A stretch of 55,860 nucleotides of DNA, taken from Alloascoidea hylecoeti (lineage: Eukaryota). The DNA is taken from assembly GCA_001600815.1 (NCBI GenBank), contig BCKZ01000034.1, positions 62,001-117,860 on the forward strand. Direction: 5' to 3'. Below, piece after piece: positions 47,360-55,860 of the stretch (position 1 is the first letter of the stretch; the number at the start of each line of letters is the position of its first letter). The notes under the pieces are model-generated. The model was not told where the DNA came from. It worked only from the letters and a program-made list of their open reading frames with translations, and searched no databases. The translations under genes and the position numbers were made by a program.

Positions 47360-48397
47360 TCAATGGTTCTTCTTCTTTTACTTTTCAGATTTACAATCTT
47401 CATCATCATTTGCTTTTCTCTTTTCTTTCTTTTTGTCTTGCTTTTCTTTCTTTTCCTTTTAATCCTTCTTCTCTTTCTTTGATGGTGTTTCAGTAACAAC
47501 AGGAGTAGCAGCAGAAGTTTCCTTTATTTTACCATCCTCCACTTCATCTTCTAATTTAATTCCTTCTTCGTATCTTAAAAGACTAGCAATCATCAGTTTT
47601 GCACCACAAAATATGGAATTAACAGCTGAATCGGCAATTCTCTTATAACCAAGCAGCAAGGTTTCCAATGGCTTAATGACTATTCGGAAGTAATATTCGT
47701 CTCTAGTATTATCGTAAACCCATTAGGCATCCAATATATCATGCAAAGTAACCATATGATCATTTTCTGATAGAGCGTCAGATCTTACACGTATTAAAGC
47801 TTGCATATGTCTACCGATAACTAATAGAATATACCTAAATGAACACAAAAAGTTATCATAAAAGTACCAGATGGTACGAACACGCAGTTGTCTCTTAACA
47901 GCAGAAATTAAAGGTGGTCTTTAAAATAAAGCACCAGTCAAGTTTTCTAAACTTCGAGCTAATTTTTGTCGTCCTTTAAAGCAACATGTAAACAAACAAT
48001 ACAAACGTATTCCCCACCTGCACCTTGTTGGGATTTAACTAATCTTGTAGCACGATTAATGTTGGATATATTACACTCTTAGAACAGTTCACTAAATAGT
48101 AAATTGGCTTTTTGGCGCAACTGGGAGAACAGGCACTTTGAACTTTAACAATTAATACAAACAGTAAGGCATTCGGTGACTAGGATCCAATGTTCCGCTA
48201 TGACCTGTTTTCTCTACTCTTAAAATTCTGTTATCCCAAGCAACAACTTCATGGGAAGTTGGATTACTAGGCTTGTCCAAATTAATGACACCGGAAAAAA
48301 TATAAGATTTAAGATCCCTTTTCAAAGGAGAGCAGACAGTTGGAATCGGCGTATAATGACCCGATCCAACTAATAATTTATCATAAATTTTTCAGTA
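47360..48397 (-). pseudogene. CBF5: H/ACA snoRNP pseudouridine synthase (dyskerin) pseudogene
   Basis: [74 protein letters not shown] and a KKE tail. In-frame TAA at 47921-47923 and 47723-47725, frameshifts, internal deletions and an LTR insertion. Confidence 0.93.
48060..48150 (+). mobile_element. Internally deleted solo LTR (91 bp) with 5-bp TSD ATTAA
   Basis: TGTTGG...TTAACA; both ends match the 52046-52487 LTR; ATTAA at 48055-48059 and 48151-48155. Confidence 0.9.
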
Positions 48398-49034
48398 TGA
48401 TAAAGATTAACTATATTCTTTTGTTTAACTACTTCTCCTTCTCTATATATGATCAGGATATTATATATCAGACTTGCTGTTTGCTATGACCTCATGTAAC
48501 CTGCTAACCTTAAGCTTACTTCTTTCATGCACCCTACAACTACGTAGTAGTGCCTTGAATACGTCTATATATCCAACTCAGAGAGTACTAAGTTAGACAA
48601 CTTGAGTTCTAATTCCCAATCTATTGTTGATCTAACAATAAAACCTTAACATCATATTACAGCAGGAATTCATATTATAACAATCATGGTGAAACGCACA
48701 TACATTTCTGTCATTTAAACATTTTGTCTTACTATAACGGAAATAAACTTTACGTTACATGCAGAAAGTTATATAAGGCGCATGATTTATGGAGATGACG
48801 CCAGCCCTAAAAGTATAACTAGGATATCACATGATCAATTGAATCACCAATATATATATATATATAATTGAAAAAACGATATTATTATCATCATTATTAT
48901 TGTTATGGTTATTTCTATTGTTAATACTTTTACAACAACGTGTTAAAAACACGATTTTATTTTTCTGCCTAAAAGCGTAGCTGGACTTCATCCAAATTAA
49001 AGGCATCTACTATAAGATTGTAATTATGGGATCA

Positions 49035-49109
49035 TGTTGGATATATTACACTCTTAACTAAAAAGTCGATTGGCTTTTTGGCGCAACTAGGAGAACAGGC
49101 TCTTTGAAT
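49035..49109 (+). mobile_element. Second internally deleted remnant of the same LTR family
   Basis: TGTTGGATATATTACACTCTT joined to GTCGATTGGCTTTTTGGCGCAACT...; 3' terminus lost. Confidence 0.8.
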
Positions 49110-49266
49110 CAAAGTAAAATTAACGGGTGCTTACTGAGTAAAATGAAAAATGTTCTCATTTTTTGTTATATTACAGATATAGTAATTGTAAGCTGTAGAC
49201 TATAACAGTATTTCGATTATAAACCTTCAAGATACCCCTTTATTTCTTTAAAACTATTTAACTATA

Positions 49267-49857
49267 CAGTGATGCACATTGAGTTCGGCATGCACACCCT
49301 CATCTTCAACGCAAACTAAACTATCTCACAAAAATTAGGCTACGATCACCAAATTTTTTTTAAATCTTAAATATTGTAAATATAGAATCTATTTAATATT
49401 ATAAATTTTCCTTATTACTTTCAATGTGTTCCAAAGTGTTTTTCTCCCACTGGTTGAGTTTTTTCTTTTGGGAAACCCTCTTTTTGAGTGTGTTTAGTTC
49501 ACATTCGGCCAACCTTTTCCAGCACTGTGGGTCTGTAGCTAGTGGAGTTTCATGGAGAATTTTAGATTTTCCTTTTTTTTCCCTTGGCCAATGAATTCTT
49601 CTTATAAGAAAGCGGATCGAAGAGCGAGCGCCGTTTATTCTACTTTGCAATGTTGTTTGGTGTCTCCGGATGACGAGCCAATTGTTCAAAGCATTTGTTT
49701 ATTCTAGAATCCCTACTTCTTGAAGGAAGAGGTCGTAAGTTTCGTTTTGATATTCCCATACTCAGGGGTTGAGGGGTGGGGGAGATATACACGGGGCTTA
49801 CAAATTTAATTTATTTGACGATGGGGGTGTGCATGCCGAACTCAATGTGCATCACTG
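49267..49857. mobile_element. Non-autonomous Tc1/mariner-type DNA transposon (591 bp)
   Basis: 33-bp perfect TIR CAGTGATGCACATTGAGTTCGGCATGCACACCC (43 bp with 2 mismatches); TA on both sides. Confidence 0.88.
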
Positions 49858-50463
49858 TATATATGTTTATATATCTATATCTTAGCAAATGACTAGTATA
49901 TAAATTACTGATGTTTAAAAAGTATTAGGTCTATGAATGAACATTGAAGTTCTAGAATCTTACACTACCCCTAAAGTGATGAATCAGATATGATGAAGAA
50001 ACTTGAAAAATAATCATATGTGAATGAGGAATATTTCATAGAATCTAATAATCAATAAAATGAATAAGTCAAAAAATAGATAAAATGTGTAATATGTGTA
50101 ATATGGATAGATAATGAGTTCATGTAATAGCCATAATTGTAATTATGTGATAATTAAAAAATATAATAATATAAACAAATAGTAATATGCTAAATTCATA
50201 TGATTCATATGTGAAAATAATAATTGTAAATATTCATATAAATAATAAAATTTGTAATAAATTTTCTTTATATTCAAATAACAAATTTTGTTATTTTAAT
50301 TTTGATATCCCCATAGCTTTTCTAAATAAAAAAAAATTTACCTTTTGATAAAGCTTTTGTGAATAGATCACTAATATTCTCTTTGGTAGATATATATTGA
50401 ATGTTGATTAAATCATCTGTAAGATATTGTTTAATGAAAAATATTTTGATCATCATGTGTTTC

Positions 50464-50688
50464 TTTTGTTCCTTCTCCTCCTTGAGCTTCACAAACTCTT
50501 GCATAGTTTCATTTAATTGCTTAATATAAAGTTCTAAGCTCATTGTGGTGTCAGCGATTTTAAAGTGTTATAGGAAAATTATTGCTCTATTCTCAGTTAT
50601 CTTATTATAAGTGGAAATCATCTACTCTATATATATGTAATTTATTTTACCCCTCAAAAATAATGTAGATCTTCTAGTCAACCCAATA
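50464..50688 (-). mobile_element. Solo LTR-like insertion (225 bp) with 5-bp TSD GAAAC
   Basis: Homologous to 53536-53779. Removing it plus one TSD restores host RNase H ...SRLKHMMIK. Confidence 0.85.
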
Positions 50689-52045
50689 GTTTCAAACGAC
50701 TACTTTGAAAAGGATTATTTAAAATTGCTAACACAGCCTTATTATCGACAAAACATTGAATTGGATAAGGAATTCGAATGTTTAAATTGTTTAGAATAAT
50801 ACCAATCCATAAAATTCTTTTTAAGGCTTCACTAAAACTAACTAGTTCCGCTTCAGCAGTTGAAGTAGTATTAATATGTTGTAATTTACTTGACCAGTCT
50901 AATAAACCGCCTGCACAATAAATTGACATTCCACTTGTAGATTTGTAAGTTTCTTTGTCGTTGGCAAAATCTGCGTCAGTGAACACTTTGGGTGGATTTT
51001 CTATTGAGAACTTATCAGATCAAAATACCATTCCCAGATCTGATGAGTTGTATAGGTATCTTATTAATTTCTGGACCATTTTAAGATGTACTGTAGTCGG
51101 ATGGTTGCTATAACGGGCTACTTTATTAACACCAAAACAAACATCAGGACGGGAACTGTTTGCAATAAAAAGCAAACTACCGATCAAGCTTTTATAATGA
51201 GTTGAATTGGCAAGAATTGTTGATTCTGTATTAAAATCATTATCGTTTATAGGAATTGATATTTTTCTCATGTTACCAACGATTCAATAGCATCTTCCTG
51301 GTTTATGGAAATACTTTGATTACCATTTTTATTTTGTTGAATAACTTTGATACATATATGAATTTCTTTAATCCCAGGCTTCTCACTTGATATGTTGCCT
51401 TTAAAGTTAAAAAAAACTTTCAAACTGAGTTTCGTGAGGACAGATATAAAGCAGATCATCAATATAAATCCCTATAATAGTATCATCATTCTTAGATGTA
51501 AATATACAATTTTCTCCAATTTTTGGTGTATAACCTTTAGATTTTAAATATTTGATGATAGTTAAATGCCATTGAAGACTTACTTGTGATAAACCAAATA
51601 CGTAACGATTTAATAGCCAACAATTATCTTTACCAGTGCTAAATTCTTTGGGTTCCCTTGTGACGAGTATTTCTTTATTATCAATTTTCAAATTTAAATA
51701 GGCACAATGAAAATCAATATGAAATATTTTTTGTTTTTTTTGACAGCATATAATAATAAACAACAAAAACTTGTGGATTAAGAACAGGTGAATAATAATT
51801 GGGTTTCAAATCAATATAATTAGAATTCTTCTTTAAGGTCCCCCTTCAACACCAATCTTGACTTAAATTTAGTAACAAAATCACCTTTAATATCCTTTTT
51901 TATTGCATATACTCATAATGTATTGATGGGTTTACAATTTAATTGTTTTAATTTTTCGCTATTAATAACTTGAAAAACGTTGAGTTGCCTAAATACCTTC
52001 ATTTCAGCTTCCATCGAATTTATCCAAAAATTTCTAAATGGGTTA

Positions 52046-52487
52046 TGTTGGATATATTACACTCTTGGAACAGTTCACTAAAATGTAAAAGAACCCACGG
52101 TCCTATAGCCATGATCATGTACTTCTTATGGATTCTATTCCTAAAACGCATTTCACAGTCTTGAACTAGCTCATCTCAAGATATATACATTTGTATTTAA
52201 ATTTCATTCTTACCGCACATTTAATATCTTATTATTTCATTACTTCTAGGACTTTCTATATTAATAGCCTTTGGAATTTAGCTATATAAAGATAAGATAA
52301 ATCCCACTTTTAAATAAAACTAAGCTAGTTTTAATACACTTTTGATCGTGATCTTAATAAGCCGAGTATCTGTTGCTTCAGATACTTAAGTAAGCTTAAG
52401 TACGAACCCGTTCCAACGCTTACTTTACATAAAGAGTCGATTGGCTTTTTGGCGCAACTGGGAGAACAGGCACTTTGAACTTTAACA
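52046..52487 (+). mobile_element. Solo LTR (442 bp) with 5-bp TSD GGTTA
   Basis: TGTTGG...TTAACA; GGTTA at 52041-52045 and 52488-52492; internal TATATAAA. Confidence 0.92.
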
Positions 52488-53535
52488 GGTTATTATCATC
52501 TGTAGCTTGAGTATAGGTGGAAGAAATTTTAACTTGAGATTTTGTTGCCATTAATATGTGATAAAACTCCACATTCTGATATTTCTGATTCCAATGCTAT
52601 GTGATTCTTTTTTCTTTTTGAGTCTCTTCTTTAGATTCATTATAATTTCTTTTAAGTAGATTTTGATTTTCAATCTCAGTATTATCAATTGTAACAAGGT
52701 TATCGTCATCCTCGTGTAATGGTACAGTATCTTGAATATCTTAATTATCTTGATTAGTAATAACACTATTATTCCAAGTGTACTCATTTATGAAATCATC
52801 TTCAGTTAAATATTTTTATTATTATTTGTGTTAACATTATTATTAGAATTAATCTCTTCACTAATTTCTGGAACATCATCTTCCATGATATTTTTGTCCA
52901 TAATATCTTGTTCATTAATAGCAGAACCATCACTTGTAAAATCCAAAATTTCGGTAAAATGGCCGTTACTATCAATAGTTTTAGAGTTTTTTGATTGGTT
53001 AGAATTAGTCATTTATTATCATTTTATCGGTTTCTTTTTGATTTTTTTATCCTGTTCATTCATTTTTGTAGACGTAACTGACGATTTAGTTTCATTGGAT
53101 TTTACAGGTATATTTTTAATTACATCACTATCATTATTATTATTTTCAATTTTGGTTTTCACTTCAATTATCGCTTGTTTTATCTTTAATTTCATTTTGA
53201 GTTGTAACTTTATTCTTAGAATCTGTTTTATTCACAATTTCTTCTTGAATCTCATTATGGACGTTTACTTCAATCATATCATATTTTGGATCAGTCATTT
53301 CATTATTATTATTATCTTCGTGCAAATTATAAGTTGTATTTAGCATTTCTTTTTTAGATTCATTGTCAACAATATCAACATCTATAGGACTTGCAACTGA
53401 AGTTTCTGTCCTTGGGGATGATGTTGTGAGATGCTTATTATATTCAGTAACACCAAAGGAATGTGGGGTTGAAGTATATTTTAAGTCATTACTTTTTGTA
53501 GACTCTTTATTATAAATTGAATGTGATGTTCTTTC

Positions 53536-53779
53536 TTTTGTTCCTTCTCCTCCTTCAGCTTCACCAATTCTTGCATAGTGTCATTTAGTTGTTTAATGTA
53601 AATCTCTAAGCTCATTGTTGTGTAAGTGATTTTAAAGTGTTATAGGAAAATTATTTATCTATTCTCAGTTATCTTATTATAAGTGGAAATCATCTACTCT
53701 ATATATATGTAATTTATTCTACCCCTCAAAATAATGTAAATCTTCTAAGCCATGATATTTCAAGCTAGTAAACCCAATA
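53536..53779 (-). mobile_element. Solo LTR-like insertion (244 bp) with 5-bp TSD GAAAG
   Basis: Second copy of the 50464-50688 family; CTTTC on both sides on the + strand. Confidence 0.85.
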
Positions 53780-54213
53780 CTTTCTGATAGATAATTTATC
53801 AGTAATTTTAGTTCAATTGCGGATAAAAATGTATTTGTTATTTTAACATCTCTTGTTGATATCATTTTATATGTTGTTAAATCCATACAAGTAAAAACTG
53901 ATTTAGTTGTTGGTATGCCTAAAATTAGAACTCTATTAGCTTGAAGATTTTCCAATAATTTCTTTGATTCCTTTTTTAGTATATTTAGATTAATCATATA
54001 TGAAACTGTACCGAAAATAGGAATGGAATTAGCATTGAAAGGAACTTGATGTAATGCAAAATATGGGGAAGTTTGAATAGTATTATGATATAATGAATTG
54101 TATATATTGGTTGCTTGGATAAGTGCATAATCCTAGAAGTCAGGAAGTCCTGATGATACTAATAAATTCATCACCAGTTGTTTTACAGTTTGGATAGTCC
54201 CCTCAGCGATACT

Positions 54214-55860
54214 TATTGGATATATAGTTATATAATTAAATTAGAATAGTTTTTGTTATTACATAGTTTCATATATATGGGGTGATATTTATGAAGATCT
54301 TCATTTCCCTTATATATTAGCGAGTTGCCACATTATTTAGTTTGAGAAAAACACACGTTCTTTATAATATAAATTTATTACCAACTATGCCTCCGAAACA
54401 ATTCAAGGACATCGCCACTGATGAGCCCATAACCCAACNTGGTAGCGGCGCGGTACCAGAGACAAGTAAGGGTAATAGGATCGTTGTCACGGGAAACAAA
54501 CAGACGACAATCAATTCGGTAGAATTATCAATGCTACCAAAATTAACAATTGATTGTTCCCCCCAATCATTCAAAACTTGGGAATACCTGATAAGATCAA
54601 CATTAAGAAGACTGAACTTATCAGAATACATCCTAGACGCAANAATATATGATGATCTTCCAACTGAAGATGTACTTAACGATACTCAGTTGCAAGAACA
54701 TGATACTGTCATGAATATACTAATGACTACAACAGATAAAGCCATCCAAAATGACTTCATAGACTTAGTATATGGTGCAAAAGTATCATTTGACAACATT
54801 ATTAGTGGTGTAAAACCGGACATTTCAGCTCGTCAACTACTTCATGAATTGATGAATCAAACATTCGACGGCAACACAATGTCTGTAACCGGATACATTG
54901 GTCAATACTTGAGTTACTTTAGGGAATTGAAATCTAAAGGTATTATCTTTCCAGTAACCACNCAATTAAATATGATGCTAAGCAGTCTGAAAGCAGAATA
55001 CGAGAAAGTTGCAATCGAAATGATTGGTCAAAATATAACTGAAAAAGAAATAAAAAGAAAAATGTTAGCAATTGAATCACAATTGAAACAACAGGAAGTC
55101 ATTACTATTGATTATATATCAAAGACTTCTCAACCCACAGGTCNACGAAACGGACAACAAAATAATAAAACTCCATTGAATAAATACAACAAGCCAAGAC
55201 AAAAACGTCATTTTAAATCTAAACCCAAACGTTGCTTTAGATGCGGCTCAACTGAACATTCAACTGATGATTGTACCAATGATATTCGTTGTTCAACCTG
55301 TAACAAAGGACATTACTTTTTCGAATGTCCAGAAAGAAAAAGAAACAAGAAAGGTAATACAAATAGAACACTTGACTCAAACACGAATAAAGATGAATCT
55401 GAACCATCTGTCCTTCCTGGTTGGTATTTNAATAAAGTTGATACATTTCAACCCAATCACGATCTAATTCTAGACANAGGTGCTGGTTTCAACCTCATCA
55501 ATTCAAATATTTGCAATTTATTACACAATGTCAGTACTAACATAAATGACTTACCTCAAATTGCAAGCCCTATTGGTGAACCANTCAAAATAATTGGAAA
55601 AGGTACTTTGGTTATTAAATTCAAGGATAATTCAACATTATCATTAAACTGTGCCATAATTCCCGGTATTCCTAATCTAATTTCTACAAGATACTTATAT
55701 GAAAACAATTACTTTATTAGAGAATATGCCAATTACAATTTTATTTCAGACAATAATAAAAATGTTGCTAAAATCAACAGGATGAATAATCATTTATGTT
55801 TGGATGTTGAAATTATTAAACCAATGGTTAAACAACCAGAGCTAGAGAAAATTTATTTCA
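54214..55860 (+). mobile_element. Ty1/copia LTR retrotransposon, 5' part (LTR ~54214-54439, PBS 54440-54450)
   Basis: LTR TATTGG...CCCAACN followed directly by TGGTAGCGGCG, an initiator-tRNA-type PBS; inserted into the integrase of the older minus-strand element. Confidence 0.88.
54387..55860 (+). CDS. Gag-Pol polyprotein of the Ty1/copia element (runs off window end)
   Basis: ATG inside the LTR; zinc knuckles CFRCGSTEHSTDDC and CSTCNKGHYFFEC; protease LILDXGA...G.GTL...NLIS in the same frame with no stop seen. Confidence 0.88.
   Translation, partial: MPPKQFKDIATDEPITQXGSGAVPETSKGNRIVVTGNKQTTINSVELSMLPKLTIDCSPQSFKTWEYLIRSTLRRLNLSEYILDAXIYDDLPTEDVLNDTQLQEHDTVMNILMTTTDKAIQNDFIDLVYGAKVSFDNIISGVKPDISARQLLHELMNQTFDGNTMSVTGYIGQYLSYFRELKSKGIIFPVTXQLNMMLSSLKAEYEKVAIEMIGQNITEKEIKRKMLAIESQLKQQEVITIDYISKTSQPTGXRNGQQNNKTPLNKYNKPRQKRHFKSKPKRCFRCGSTEHSTDDCTNDIRCSTCNKGHYFFECPERKRNKKGNTNRTLDSNTNKDESEPSVLPGWYXNKVDTFQPNHDLILDXGAGFNLINSNICNLLHNVSTNINDLPQIASPIGEPXKIIGKGTLVIKFKDNSTLSLNCAIIPGIPNLISTRYLYENNYFIREYANYNFISDNNKNVAKINRMNNHLCLDVEIIKPMVKQPELEKIYF

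Larger units (their letters stand above)
50308..54213 (-). mobile_element. Decayed Ty1/copia pol (integrase C-terminus, RT, RNase H), interrupted by three solo LTRs and a younger element
   Basis: IAEGTIQT (IN); KSRLVLKG, IDFHCAYLN and YIDDLL (RT); FTDADFA, STAEAE, DNKA and NISDLFTKAL (RNase H). Many stops and frameshifts. Purine tract GGGGA at ~50308-50312; the 3' LTR probably lies below 50308 but is not delimited. Confidence 0.92.

Noticed and set aside
48398..48651. Possible additional solo LTR ending AATAAAACCTTAACA
   Set aside because: No TSD or second copy found; boundaries cannot be set.
52450..52461. Pol III A-box-like TGGCGCAACTGG in the LTR 3' end
   Set aside because: No B box or cloverleaf, and a short degenerate match can arise by chance.
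47360..54213. RIP-like mutation in the pseudogene and copia remnant
   Set aside because: Only a few CAA>TAA and TGG>TAG/TGA changes, which are the usual routes to stop codons; an alignment-based test would be needed.

Overview
AT-rich fungal genomic DNA, most consistent with an intron-containing, early-diverging budding yeast. Introns are 51-85 nt with GTATGT/GTAAGT-type donors and YTAAC branch points, and CTG reads as Leu at a conserved DUS2 position. Bases 1-45.5 kb hold about 20 housekeeping genes: ACC1 (partial), DUS2/SMM1, BCK1, PHS1, a GPI cell-wall protein, LSB1/PIN3, PEX4, NCE102, TCD, a patatin lipase, AIM6, an amidase, a bromodomain protein, CTF8, an F-box protein, MSS4 and two tandem histidine phosphatases. 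The most striking structure is at 32.5-36.8 kb, where a tRNA-Arg(CCT) gene is flanked by five 5'-truncated L1-like LINE 3' ends that all point away from it, resembling Dictyostelium TRE5/TRE3 tRNA targeting. From about 46 kb to the end there are no intact host genes. This region holds a CBF5 pseudogene, a Tc1/mariner-type non-autonomous element and a decayed Ty1/copia element carrying nested solo LTRs, some with non-canonical TA starts. A second Ty1/copia element with an open reading frame runs off the window. A perfect 280-bp foldback MITE lies at 19.4-19.7 kb. All calls come from manual reading and motif recognition; no database searches were run.
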